Position numbers and translations under genes: made by a program | Notes under the pieces: model-generated | The model's input: the letters and a program-made list of their open reading frames with translations, nothing else | Databases searched by the model: none | What the model was told of the DNA's origin: nothing | Shown here: one piece after another, positions 9,684-19,004 of the stretch | Position numbering within the stretch: the stretch's first letter is position 1 | How the letters are laid out: every line of letters begins with the position of its first letter | DNA from: Patescibacteria group bacterium | GTDB taxonomy: Bacteria > Patescibacteriota > Minisyncoccia > Phycocordibacterales > CAIZLB01 | DNA length: 64,000 nucleotides | Assembly (NCBI GenBank): GCA_040386515.1 | Contig: JAZKFG010000005.1 | Coordinates: forward strand, 9,313-73,312 | Reading direction: 5' to 3'

Positions 9684-9695
9684 AGCACTACTTGC

Positions 9696-10259
9696 CTAAG
9701 CATTATACAATCTCACGCGTATAGTATTTCCTGAGAAATGATTGGTGAATTTCTCAACGTCTATTTCAACAGCTTCCCATTCCCTCTCTCCATATGAAGA
9801 TGTATGATGAACAATTAATGAGATTATTTTTCCATCTTCTTCTACATATCCAATCACAGGAACTAAGTGTCCTGTTTTTTGATTATCAATAAATGCAGGA
9901 CCAATTGAAACTATAAATATATTATCTTGGTCAATGTATCTTTTAAATTCTTGAATATCTTCAATTTTCATTCTCCCTGCATCAATTCCTCTATCATTGA
10001 ATTCTTTTGCTATTTTATGATGTATACAACCTACACCTAATTTGTATACTCCTTTTTCTTCCATTTCCTCTATAAGCGATGCGAATAATTGATCTTTATA
10101 TTTATCATGCAAATTAAAAACCATTTTCATACAGGCAATTCCGCATACTCTGTTTTCCCACTGTAATGCATGTTCTTTGTCTTTAAATCCTCTTTCCTGC
10201 CACTCGTGACTTGAGCGCTGTGAGAAAAATGGAATTATATGTATGACTTTCTTTTTCAT
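9696..10259 (-). CDS. Peptidase C39-like (papain-fold) domain protein
   Basis: RVCGIACMKMVFNLH resembles the C39 catalytic Cys motif (CGxAaLamvl), and a downstream GHLVPVIGY supplies the His. Confidence 0.45.
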   Translation of the reverse strand: MKKKVIHIIPFFSQRSSHEWQERGFKDKEHALQWENRVCGIACMKMVFNLHDKYKDQLFASLIEEMEEKGVYKLGVGCIHHKIAKEFNDRGIDAGRMKIEDIQEFKRYIDQDNIFIVSIGPAFIDNQKTGHLVPVIGYVEEDGKIISLIVHHTSSYGEREWEAVEIDVEKFTNHFSGNTIRVRLYNA

Positions 10260-10265
10260 ATTCGA

Positions 10266-11159
10266 CTACAACTCAATCTTGCCTTGTACAGTATGCAATT
10301 CAACATTTTTAATAGTTGGATATTGTGTAAGCGTATCCTTAAGTACAGCAAACAAATGCTGAGTCTGACAGCTACTTAATGAGCTAAGAGGTTTTCCTGC
10401 TCGAGTCATATTGCTTGTAAGCATTACCTTTGCAACACCTTTTTCAATAGTTACTGATTTATAAACTCCATATTCTGCCAATTCATTACCAAAAAGTATT
10501 TTCAATGACGCATCGGCAACCGATGTTGTTTTAGGCACCTGATATGTAACTGGATATGTTGCTGCACATGTCTCAGTTTCTGCAACTTTTTTATCTTGTA
10601 GATATACAGTCAATGACATTTCATTTGCAGGAGGAAGAGTAACAGTGAAATCTACTTTATTACTTTCCTTTCCCCAAGGTGATGTATATATTTTATATTT
10701 TCCAGGAGTGATACTCACATAGTTTTTGCATGGCTGGCCAGAATATGAATTATTCTCCTTACAAATATTTGCATCAATTTTTACACGTATAGTATTATCT
10801 TTTCTTGGCACATATCCAATACCTGCAAGAAATGCAACTTCCCCTTTACTGTTTTCAATGAGTGCATCCATATCACCTTCTAGGCCCGCGAAATTAACAC
10901 CCTTCAATTCAATAATTGTTCCAACTGGACCTGATGATTGCGAAATAGATGAAATAAATGGCGCATTATGATCAGTTGGAGTTTTTACTGTATTTTGTGT
11001 AGGAATAACAGGAGTTGGATTATTTGTATTCGTATCTGTTGTTGCAACAGCCGGCGCATCTTCCTTTTTATCAGTATATAAATATATACAGCCAGCAATT
11101 GCCAGTGCAGCTACAATAGCAAGAAGAGGGATAATATAGCCTTTTTGTGTATTTCTCAT
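10266..11159 (-). CDS. Membrane-anchored protein with an IPT/TIG-like Ig domain
   Basis: N-terminal TM helix, a Thr/Pro/Asn linker, and an ISSISQSSGPVGTIIELKGVNF IPT/TIG-like motif. Confidence 0.4.
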   Translation of the reverse strand: MRNTQKGYIIPLLAIVAALAIAGCIYLYTDKKEDAPAVATTDTNTNNPTPVIPTQNTVKTPTDHNAPFISSISQSSGPVGTIIELKGVNFAGLEGDMDALIENSKGEVAFLAGIGYVPRKDNTIRVKIDANICKENNSYSGQPCKNYVSITPGKYKIYTSPWGKESNKVDFTVTLPPANEMSLTVYLQDKKVAETETCAATYPVTYQVPKTTSVADASLKILFGNELAEYGVYKSVTIEKGVAKVMLTSNMTRAGKPLSSLSSCQTQHLFAVLKDTLTQYPTIKNVELHTVQGKIEL

Positions 11160-11198
11160 AATATATTATTATATCTTATATTCTCACCTCATGTGTGC

Positions 11199-12851
11199 CT
11201 AGTTATTCCCACTCAACTCATACCCAAGAGCATTCAATGCCTGATGCGATCTATCAAACACATCCCCACTCTCAACAATCCGTGTAAAGTCATGACTATG
11301 CTTCAACTGCTTTGCAATAAGCGGGCTGATACCAGTAATAATTGCTCGTCCACCTTTCTTTGAAATAGCTGCCAAAATATCATCGAGTGCTTCAATACCA
11401 TCTACATCAACATATACAAGCTCTCGAAGTCGCAGCACTATGATATTGCATCCGAATAACGTTTTCTCAATTCGATGTACATGCACATGCGCATTGGCAT
11501 ATGTAAGGTGACCTTTAATTGAGTACACGCACACATGAGCGTCTGGTGCGATTTCAAGCTTATGATCTGCTTCCCCTCCAATGATACGGTTAATTATTTT
11601 TTTATCTTTATTTACTACAAGTTCGAACTGTCCTTTTGACATTCGCTCAATAAGAATAATAAGCGAAATAGTTGTACCAACAAGAATACCAATCATGGCA
11701 TCTTCGTATACTGATATGGCCGCCACAATAATTGCCACCGCAAAGGCAGTTTTGTCACATGCGTAGAGTCTTTTAAAATGCTTAACCTCAACCATTCGAA
11801 TAGCTGCGAAAATAAGAATAGCTGCAATACCGGCCATTGGCATATAGTTAAATGCAGACAAAAGAACAATTGAAATAATGGCAACCATTAACGCGTTCAT
11901 TCCTTGTGACATTTTACTTGTTGCGCCTGATCGAACGTTAAGGGATGTTCGTACGAATACTCCAGTTGCAGGAAGTCCTCCAAAAAATCCAGAACCAATG
12001 TTAGCGAGACCGAGGCCAAGAATTTCTTTTCTCTGATCATGTTTTGTCTTTGTCATTCTATCGGCAATTTTTGCAGAAAGAATAGTTTCAAGAATTGCAA
12101 CGAGCGCTACAGTTGCAGCTGGAAGCACATATGAGTTTGCAAATACAAGATCAGGAATTGAGAAAATAGAGAGCTTTAGATTTGGAAACACTTCGCCAAG
12201 CGTAATCAGGTCAAATGGCAATGATCCCTTTTGTGCAAAATATCCTACTGCAATTGCAATAGGTGCAAGCAATACTGCTCCTGGAAGTTTTGGAAAAAAC
12301 TTGAGCATTGCAAACAAGAACGCAAGTGAGAAAATAAAAAACCCAGTGATAGCTGGACTTGCGAGTTGAATATGTGAAAATGTTTCTAGAACATTTGAAA
12401 GGAATCCTGCATGTTTAGTAAGATTTGTTAATCCGAATGCAAAGTTCAATTGGTTAAATCCAATTACAATTGCAACAGATAATGTAAATCCATGAATTAC
12501 ACTTGATGGAATATAGGTAATATATTTATCCAATCGAAGTGCCCATGCAATGATAATAATAATTCCGGCAATGATGGCAATACTTGAAAGTGCTGCAGGA
12601 CCAAACTGAAGCGCTGCCGCTGCAAGAATTGCAGTAAGAGCTCCGGCAGGACCAACGATGTTAAATTTACTTGCTGAAAATAGTGCTGCAATAAGTCCTC
12701 CCCACACTGCTGTAATAATTCCGTTCAATGGAGATGCACCCGAGGCGATGGCAATAGAGATAGAAAGCGGGATTGAAACTAGGGCTACGGTTAGGGCTGA
12801 TTTCCAGTTTTGCTTAAGTTGAGTAAAGAAATTCGTTTTGAATGTCTGCAT
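11199..12851 (-). CDS. SulP-family anion transporter with a C-terminal STAS domain
   Basis: 550 aa. The N-terminal sulfate-transporter signature (SIPLSISIAIASGASPLNGIITAVWGG) and a multi-TM core are followed by a STAS-like C-terminus. Confidence 0.85.
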   Translation of the reverse strand: MQTFKTNFFTQLKQNWKSALTVALVSIPLSISIAIASGASPLNGIITAVWGGLIAALFSASKFNIVGPAGALTAILAAAALQFGPAALSSIAIIAGIIIIIAWALRLDKYITYIPSSVIHGFTLSVAIVIGFNQLNFAFGLTNLTKHAGFLSNVLETFSHIQLASPAITGFFIFSLAFLFAMLKFFPKLPGAVLLAPIAIAVGYFAQKGSLPFDLITLGEVFPNLKLSIFSIPDLVFANSYVLPAATVALVAILETILSAKIADRMTKTKHDQRKEILGLGLANIGSGFFGGLPATGVFVRTSLNVRSGATSKMSQGMNALMVAIISIVLLSAFNYMPMAGIAAILIFAAIRMVEVKHFKRLYACDKTAFAVAIIVAAISVYEDAMIGILVGTTISLIILIERMSKGQFELVVNKDKKIINRIIGGEADHKLEIAPDAHVCVYSIKGHLTYANAHVHVHRIEKTLFGCNIIVLRLRELVYVDVDGIEALDDILAAISKKGGRAIITGISPLIAKQLKHSHDFTRIVESGDVFDRSHQALNALGYELSGNN

Positions 12852-12927
12852 ATATGTTTGTTAATGAAATTATAATTAAGAAGATTTTATTGTATTCCTA
12901 TTGACGCTAAAAATCAACTGTGGTTAA

Positions 12928-13545
12928 ATGGATGGTGGGAGTTTGGAGAGGTTCCAGACTAGCACCTTGACGGTCCCCAAGAAGAAAACACCACCACCTA
13001 CCACGTTGAACAATATGCCAAACACTTGGAAAGCACTCATTGTTTCACTTCCGCAACTGCTCGTTTCAACCATAATCAACCAGGCCGAAAAATATCCTGA
13101 GCACTGGGATAAGATAGAGTATTTGGATCCCACTCGGAAAAATGATATTAAGCCCAACCTCCACGAGAAGTTTTACCCTGGAGTCAAATGGGTACGCGAC
13201 ACCCTACTCACGCTAACCACCCGCCGAAGATTAATCGGAATGGAGGCAGGAGCCACGCCTGAAGAAGCCTTTGCTCAAATCTTGGAACACGAACACGGCA
13301 AGATTAAGGAGAAATTCAGAATTTTACGCTGCGATTATCCAGGACACTGTTTCCTTGTCCTCACAAATGAAGACGGCTCACTCAAAAAAGTGCCGCTCGA
13401 AGTTGGCATGGAACACATTGCCTATCCTGGCGATGTCCACGGAATAATTTGCGAGAAAGGCATTTTGGTTTTTGAAATCATCGTGGAGAATTTCGATACC
13501 AATGACATCAAGGGTTATACCCCTCCAATGGCCCGCGCTGCCTGA
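12928..13545 (+). CDS. Hypothetical protein encoded in a GC-rich compositional island
   Basis: ORF with visibly higher GC than its neighbours and GC-rich codons. The true start may be the internal Met (MPNTWKAL, ~13009). Confidence 0.45.
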   Translation: MDGGSLERFQTSTLTVPKKKTPPPTTLNNMPNTWKALIVSLPQLLVSTIINQAEKYPEHWDKIEYLDPTRKNDIKPNLHEKFYPGVKWVRDTLLTLTTRRRLIGMEAGATPEEAFAQILEHEHGKIKEKFRILRCDYPGHCFLVLTNEDGSLKKVPLEVGMEHIAYPGDVHGIICEKGILVFEIIVENFDTNDIKGYTPPMARAA

Positions 13546-13580
13546 TTTTTACAATCTGATTTAAAATCCGATTCACTCAC

Positions 13581-13627
13581 ATCGCCCACCCAGCTGTTAC
13601 AAACAAGCTGCGTGGGCGATTTTTTAT
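13581..13627. terminator. Bidirectional intrinsic terminator
   Basis: GC-rich stem ATCGCCCACCCAGCT...AGCTGCGTGGGCGAT followed by TTTTTT, between convergent genes. Confidence 0.6.
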
Positions 13628-13630
13628 TTA

Positions 13631-14509
13631 CTATTTTAACTTCCCTCGTAAAAGATTTCTATATCTAAACTCTTTTGCAACAAGACCAGTGTACGCAAAT
13701 CTTCCTTCAAAATCTGTTCCGGTGTAATCCATCAAACTTGGATTGACTTCATCTAATGATGAACTTATAGTCTTTTCTAGTTCTTCTCGCAAGTCTGCCA
13801 ATACTTCAACAACTCGTGCCGGTAAATTCTTAGAACGCATTTTTAAAAATAGTTTGATATCTAATATTGTTTCTCGGATTTCATCAATAATTGTTTCTTC
13901 ATGTAATTTGATTTGTTGTGTATCAGATTTTTCATATGAATTCATGTCAACATTTTCATCAATTTGAATTCCATCTTCGCCTGTAGAGATACGTTTCCAA
14001 ACACCACCTTGTTTAGTAATATTCTTCCCTGTACTTCCAGGTGCATGTCCAATAAAATAATTCTTAAATTTTATATCAACCACTTCATTGTGAGTTATTT
14101 TATTCACCTTATCCATAATTGAAGAAATCTCTTTTTTATATTCATCTTCAATCTGCCATTCATTACTCTCTCCTTCAATTAATCCAAGGGCGCCTTCAAA
14201 TAAATTTTCTAGAGATGTATCTGCCAATCTATATGTATTAGACAAATTCAATATTGCATACGGATCATTAAGTATTTGTTTTATTCTAGCCTTTAACTCA
14301 GAAGAAACATCACTATCATTAATCATCTCTAACAATCCAGAATCAATAAAAGTTTCATCCAATATTTCCTGAGCTTTTTTAGTACTCATATCTCCAGTCA
14401 TCATTTTGTCATATATGACCATACAGGTTTGACGAGCATTCTCCATATTTCCTAAAAACTGTCTCTTTGATTCCTGATTTTCTATTTGGTATGCGGTTGG
14501 GTTTTCCAT
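13631..14509 (-). CDS. Hypothetical protein
   Basis: 292-aa ORF with no recognisable motif. Confidence 0.45.
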   Translation of the reverse strand: MENPTAYQIENQESKRQFLGNMENARQTCMVIYDKMMTGDMSTKKAQEILDETFIDSGLLEMINDSDVSSELKARIKQILNDPYAILNLSNTYRLADTSLENLFEGALGLIEGESNEWQIEDEYKKEISSIMDKVNKITHNEVVDIKFKNYFIGHAPGSTGKNITKQGGVWKRISTGEDGIQIDENVDMNSYEKSDTQQIKLHEETIIDEIRETILDIKLFLKMRSKNLPARVVEVLADLREELEKTISSSLDEVNPSLMDYTGTDFEGRFAYTGLVAKEFRYRNLLRGKLK

Positions 14510-14720
14510 AGGGCTTATTATAGCATTTTACATTATGCACATGTCTCTTTGACATAAATCATATATTATGATATTTTATTGAAATGCATAGTAATTATTG
14601 CAAAAGAAATATAAACGTCCAGGCCACAGTAATGGGGTCGATTTTTGATGTGTATTCATCAAATTCGTTTGTATTTAGCTGCGATAATTTTATCTATTAA
14701 TTCTCTTTAATTTTTACTAG

Positions 14721-14755
14721 AAAAATCTCAGCTAAACGGAAGCTGAGATTTTTTC
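14721..14755. terminator. Orphan terminator-like hairpin in a divergent intergenic region
   Basis: AAAAATCTCAGC-taaacggaa-GCTGAGATTTTTT. Both flanking genes diverge away from it. Confidence 0.45.
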
Positions 14756-14794
14756 GTTTAGCATTACCAACAATAAAATAAAAAACATACATAT

Positions 14795-15367
14795 ATGGAC
14801 GAAACACCAACACATGTAGTATTCCTCAAGGGCAAGAAAACAACTCTTCGCCCCTTGGAGAAAAAAGATATTCCCTTGCTCACCAAGTGGATCAATGATC
14901 CTGAAGTGACGAAATATCTTTGCGCATATTTGCCCATGTCTATCAAAGACGAGGAGGATTGGTTTGAAAACCTTAGCAAAAGGAAACAAATTGATATAGT
15001 ACTCGGCATTGAAGTAGACGGTAAACTAATAGGAACAATGGGAGTTCATGGAATATCGTGGAAGGATAGAGCAGCAACGACTGGTGCAATGATTGGAGAG
15101 AAAGAATATTGGGGACAAGGATATGGAACTGACGCTAAAATGCAGCTCCTCAACTATGCTTTCAACACTCTTAATCTGCATAGAATCGCTTCCTCAGTAA
15201 TTGAGTTTAACAAACGCAGCCTTAACTACAGTCTGCATTGTGGATACAAGAAGGAAGGTGTAAGAAAAAAGCGTTTCTTTATTAACGGCAAATACCATGA
15301 TGAAATAATCTTGGCCGTCTTTAAAAAAGACTGGCTGCCGTACTGGAGAAAGTATCAAAAGAAATAA
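14795..15367 (+). CDS. GNAT-family N-acetyltransferase (RimJ/RimL-like)
   Basis: 190 aa with a RimL-like N-terminus (LRPLEKKDIPLLTKWINDPEV) and a conserved acetyl-CoA-binding core. Confidence 0.7.
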   Translation: MDETPTHVVFLKGKKTTLRPLEKKDIPLLTKWINDPEVTKYLCAYLPMSIKDEEDWFENLSKRKQIDIVLGIEVDGKLIGTMGVHGISWKDRAATTGAMIGEKEYWGQGYGTDAKMQLLNYAFNTLNLHRIASSVIEFNKRSLNYSLHCGYKKEGVRKKRFFINGKYHDEIILAVFKKDWLPYWRKYQKK

Positions 15368-15433
15368 TAATTAAATAGGTCGTTAAATTTCAAAGAGTCT
15401 GACCAGCTCTTTTTTTAATGGTACAATTTAATC

Positions 15434-16150
15434 ATGTTAAAAAACACTCATAAAGGATTTATGGCCATTGTAGTAGTTGTAGTAATTGCACTCATTGCAA
15501 TTACTGGTGCATATTATGCAGGCACATTGCATGCCAATAACGATGTTGAAGTAATTCAAGCAACAACAACAGATTCTCTACCTGTTGCATCAAATAAAAA
15601 ATCATACACATCAAATATTTTCGGCATTCAATTTGAATATCCGAAAGAATGGTATGCACATGAAAAATTAAGATTCGGAAGTGATATTTCTTTTTTGAGC
15701 ACTTCAACAAGACCAGACGAGCTCAATGCAAGCTGTGAGTGTGATGGTGATTTATATTATTCTCTCGCACGAATCAATGTAATGGATTCTTATGCAACAA
15801 AAGAAGAAGCTCTAAAAGAGACTACGAGCTTGCTTATGTATAGAGGCGTTACTGAACAAATGATTAACGACGAAAATATACAAAAACCAGAAACCTATCC
15901 TCGAGCACTCGAACTTGCAAAACAAGCTGGTGTAAAAATAGGTAAAACATTTTTTATAAATAAAAACGGTCTACGCGTTGTAAGACAATATGGATTTGGA
16001 GAACTGAATGGAGAAAGAATAGTGGAAGTGTACTTTGTGTATGTAGGAGATAAAATCTATCGTATTTCTGGAAAAAATAATGATGTATTTAATCCAGCTG
16101 AGGATGCTGTGCTTAGGGATATTGCAGAGTCTTTTAATGTTGTGAAATAG
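15434..16150 (+). CDS. Hypothetical membrane-anchored protein
   Basis: N-terminal TM helix (FMAIVVVVVIALIAITGAYYAG) followed by a soluble domain. Confidence 0.45.
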   Translation: MLKNTHKGFMAIVVVVVIALIAITGAYYAGTLHANNDVEVIQATTTDSLPVASNKKSYTSNIFGIQFEYPKEWYAHEKLRFGSDISFLSTSTRPDELNASCECDGDLYYSLARINVMDSYATKEEALKETTSLLMYRGVTEQMINDENIQKPETYPRALELAKQAGVKIGKTFFINKNGLRVVRQYGFGELNGERIVEVYFVYVGDKIYRISGKNNDVFNPAEDAVLRDIAESFNVVK

Positions 16151-16152
16151 AT

Positions 16153-16389
16153 TTACTTAATATCAGACAAATAACACAAAGGCGATGCTCCGCCTGGTTT
16201 TGACCATGCACTTGTCTTTCCACAAGTACGACCATTTTTCATAGTGTTGTATGGACACGGACAATTTCCTTTATAGTTTTGAATTGATTTACGAATCATT
16301 TCATTCTTCTTTGCAACGGATGTTGCAGCGAAAGATGTTTGAGGAAGAATGAGTAGTGTTAGTATGGTTATTGTTGAGAGTGTTTTCAT
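16153..16389 (-). CDS. Small secreted Cys-containing protein
   Basis: Signal peptide (LTLLILPQTSFAATS), then CPCPY...RTCGK...PLCY. Confidence 0.4.
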   Translation of the reverse strand: MKTLSTITILTLLILPQTSFAATSVAKKNEMIRKSIQNYKGNCPCPYNTMKNGRTCGKTSAWSKPGGASPLCYLSDIK

Positions 16390-16393
16390 ATGT

Positions 16394-17197
16394 TTATATT
16401 TTATTACACACTAAAACAGCGGCGGCATTTTTACCATCGTAAATAACAATTGTTGCTCTATCCCCTATGTTTAAATCTTCTATTGTCGCAGGACCGTCTG
16501 AGTTTTTAATTTCAGTCTCATCAGTAATATTCATTTTTTGACCAACTCCGTTCGCCCCTTTAATAGTGATTGCACCACTTCCTATTTCAACTATTTCTCC
16601 TGTACCGTTAGTTTCACCGCAAGGATTACTTCCTTGAAGAGTTTGAACACTACTCACCGGCGGTATATCCAAGAAAAATGTATAGAACGCATACGATGCA
16701 GCAGTGATAGCCAGGAGTATTGCAATAAGTATAGTTTTATATTTCTTTTCACGAATCCGTTTTGCAAGAATTAAAAATATTCCGTATCCAATGAGTACAC
16801 CAATTGCATTCAGTATCACATCATCAATATCAAAAATTCCTACCTTTAATACCACTTGTAGAGTTTCAATAATAAGCCCTGAGAGTATTGAAAGAATAAC
16901 AGACTTTTTCCATGTCATATTTCTATGTACCAGAGGCACGAGAAATCCTATTGGTAGTAGTAACCCAATATTTCCTATGAGATTAATTCCTGCGATAAGC
17001 CATCCTTTATAGCCGAATAAATACGGGAGAATAGTTTTGAATGGAATGAAGTTTGCTTCGTGACCTGCATTTGCTCCGCCGAAGTTGAGCATGAGTTGCC
17101 CTACTCTGATCATAGGTATGTCTTTAAATACCATTACTTTAATTAGTATGGCAATGTAGGCAATGAGGAGTATTAGTGGGATGAGACGTTTTTTCAT
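16394..17197 (-). CDS. VanZ-like family membrane protein with a C-terminal extracytoplasmic domain
   Basis: Multi-TM N-terminal region with VanZ-like segments (NLIGNIGLLLPIGFL, SGLIIETLQVVLKVGIFDIDDVILNAIGVLIGY). Confidence 0.55.
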   Translation of the reverse strand: MKKRLIPLILLIAYIAILIKVMVFKDIPMIRVGQLMLNFGGANAGHEANFIPFKTILPYLFGYKGWLIAGINLIGNIGLLLPIGFLVPLVHRNMTWKKSVILSILSGLIIETLQVVLKVGIFDIDDVILNAIGVLIGYGIFLILAKRIREKKYKTILIAILLAITAASYAFYTFFLDIPPVSSVQTLQGSNPCGETNGTGEIVEIGSGAITIKGANGVGQKMNITDETEIKNSDGPATIEDLNIGDRATIVIYDGKNAAAVLVCNKI

Positions 17198-17235
17198 AGC
17201 TTAATGGTATCAGTAAGCAATGGTTAAGTTAAGTA

Positions 17236-17571
17236 TTATGTAACTTTTTGCTTTTTAACATACTCCCTACAAAAACCATAAAAAATTAAAAATGTTAGCA
17301 CCACGAATATCAAACCAAATATTGGAAATATAAATATATACTCACTTACAAAAATAACTTTATTAACATTATCAGGATCATACACAATTGGAAATATTTC
17401 CCCCACTTTGTATACATCATGGTTTCTACTTGTATATATAATTCTGTTAGTATATTCCTGCCCCTTATTATCTTTAAATGAATAGTCAAGATTCATTCCT
17501 CTTGTACCTGAAAAATATTCTACACCGATAACAACCGCATCTGTCTTACTACCTGTAAAATACAATATCAA
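17236..17571 (-). CDS. Hypothetical protein with a C-terminal TM helix
   Basis: 111-aa ORF with a hydrophobic C-terminus. Confidence 0.35.
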   Translation of the reverse strand: MILYFTGSKTDAVVIGVEYFSGTRGMNLDYSFKDNKGQEYTNRIIYTSRNHDVYKVGEIFPIVYDPDNVNKVIFVSEYIFIFPIFGLIFVVLTFLIFYGFCREYVKKQKVT

Positions 17572-17668
17572 TCCTTTTACTGAGAAAGTAGCTCCGGTTA
17601 ACGTAAATATTAAAAGAAGAAATGAAAGTATTATATTTTAAAGCTTTTTTTTCATGTATGTTTTTTAA

Positions 17669-18175
17669 TTATTTATTTACTTCTAAATCCATCTGAGCTT
17701 TAATGTCCAAAGCCCTTTCCATAATATGATCACCCACAGGACCCCAATCAAAATATTGTTTATAATCTTTAGGATCAATGAGTTTAATTTCTGTAATTTC
17801 TCCATCATCAGGATCTTCCATAAAATCACCATATGGTTCAACAAGACATACTGATCTTGTTTGAGTTGTAGGAACTTCAAATTCATAAATATCTTGAAAT
17901 CCTATAAATCTTTGTTTGATTACTCTCATATTAGATTCTTCTTGCACTTCTCGTACAACCGTTTCTCTAGCAGTCTCACCCTCTTCAGTTCCGCCACCTG
18001 GCGGTGTCCAACTATCTTTTTTCTTTGCGTATACGATGACAAGTTGATCTTTGTAAAAACAGAATGCGTGAACACCTTTAACTTTTCTGTCTCCGAGTTC
18101 TGATTCACTTTCAATATCGTTGTAGATAACTTCAAATGATTTATCAGGAGTATTGATTATAGATTTAATTTGCAT
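17669..18175 (-). CDS. NUDIX hydrolase
   Basis: Nudix box GGGTEEGETARETVVREVQEESN. Confidence 0.8.
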   Translation of the reverse strand: MQIKSIINTPDKSFEVIYNDIESESELGDRKVKGVHAFCFYKDQLVIVYAKKKDSWTPPGGGTEEGETARETVVREVQEESNMRVIKQRFIGFQDIYEFEVPTTQTRSVCLVEPYGDFMEDPDDGEITEIKLIDPKDYKQYFDWGPVGDHIMERALDIKAQMDLEVNK

Positions 18176-18179
18176 TGTG

Positions 18180-18251
18180 CGGGCCCACTCAGAGTCGAAC
18201 TGAGAATTGCGCGTTTGGAGTGCGATGTTTTACCATTGAAACTATGGACCC
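18180..18251 (-). tRNA. tRNA-Trp (anticodon CCA); no CCA encoded
   Basis: Cloverleaf folded by hand, with a 7-bp acceptor (one GU) and a T-arm CTCAG-TTCGACT-CTGAG. The anticodon loop is CUCCAAA; the anticodon stem has only 3 Watson-Crick pairs. Confidence 0.55.
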
Positions 18252-18312
18252 ATATATACAACAAAAGCTGTACTCACCCAGTGTAGCACAGCTCTCGTTA
18301 TTTATAAATGGA

Positions 18313-18630
18313 TTAAAACTTAACTGCCGTTCCTGAAACATTGATCATGAGCATACTCCCTCGTGCTCCAATAACCTCAAAATCGAAGTCAATCCCCACA
18401 ACAGCGTCAGCCCCTCGTGCAGCTGCATTCTGTTCTAGTTCCTGAAGAGCAAGTTCTCGAGCTTTTTTAATCTCTACTTCATATGTATTTGATCGTCCTC
18501 CAAAGAAATCTGTAAATCCTCCGAAAATATCTTTCACAAAGTTAATACCCAATACATTCTCAGCAGTGATTACACCTATATATTCTCTAATTTCCTTCCC
18601 TTGAATTGTTGGTGTAGTTGTGAGTATCAT
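18313..18630 (-). CDS. YbjQ/UPF0145-family protein
   Basis: 105 aa; GVITAENVLGINFVKDIFGGFTDFFGGRS is typical of the family. Confidence 0.8.
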   Translation of the reverse strand: MILTTTPTIQGKEIREYIGVITAENVLGINFVKDIFGGFTDFFGGRSNTYEVEIKKARELALQELEQNAAARGADAVVGIDFDFEVIGARGSMLMINVSGTAVKF

Positions 18631-18635
18631 ATAGA

Positions 18636-18800
18636 TTATTTCTTTGATTCTTCAAACATTTCTCGCTTTCGAGTAACTTTACTATACTTTTTCATCTTAA
18701 GCTTTGGCATAGTTGAACTACCAGCCTTACCTGACTTGTGCATGTAAATTGTTTCTCCAGTTTTTTTGTTTTTTAGTTTTACGATTTTTTTCTGTGGCAT
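18636..18800 (-). CDS. Small Lys-rich basic protein (hypothetical)
   Basis: The 96-aa ORF in the track overlaps tRNA-Tyr. It is trimmed here to the internal Met (MPQKKIVKLKNKK..., 54 aa). Confidence 0.3.
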   Translation of the reverse strand: MPQKKIVKLKNKKTGETIYMHKSGKAGSSTMPKLKMKKYSKVTRKREMFEESKK

Positions 18801-18820
18801 ATGTTTAATATTTTTATTTT

Positions 18821-18906
18821 TGGTGCGCAGAGTAGGATTTGAACCTACGTAGCCCGAAGGCGTCTGATTTACAGTCAGATGCGATTGACCACTCCGCCAT
18901 CTGCGC
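18821..18906 (-). tRNA. tRNA-Tyr (anticodon GTA), class II long variable arm, CCA encoded
   Basis: Acceptor GCGCAGA/TCTGCGC, anticodon arm TCTGA-CTGTAAA-TCAGA, T-arm GTAGG-TTCAAAT-CCTAC, and a 3' ACCA. Confidence 0.8.
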
Positions 18907-18972
18907 ATGTTTACTGTACCTATCAAATATACACTATTTTAAGGAAAAAACAATGCCCTATATACATATATG

Positions 18973-19000
18973 AAAAACCCTGCCGTAAAGCAGGTTTTTT
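18973..19000. terminator. Intrinsic terminator downstream of clpB
   Basis: AAAAACCCTGC-cgtaaa-GCAGGTTTTTT with flanking A- and T-runs. Confidence 0.6.
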
Positions 19001-19004
19001 CTAT

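Noticed and set aside
18180-18251. tRNA-Trp as a possible recoding or suppressor tRNA, or use of an alternative genetic code
   Set aside because: The anticodon reads as CCA, which is ordinary Trp. All ribosomal and other conserved proteins are full-length under the standard table, so UGA is not a sense codon here. The weak anticodon stem just lowers confidence in the call.
18636-18926. 96-aa ORF overlapping tRNA-Tyr
   Set aside because: Its 5' portion covers the tRNA-Tyr gene on the same strand. It was trimmed to the internal Met (54 aa), and even that CDS is low-confidence.
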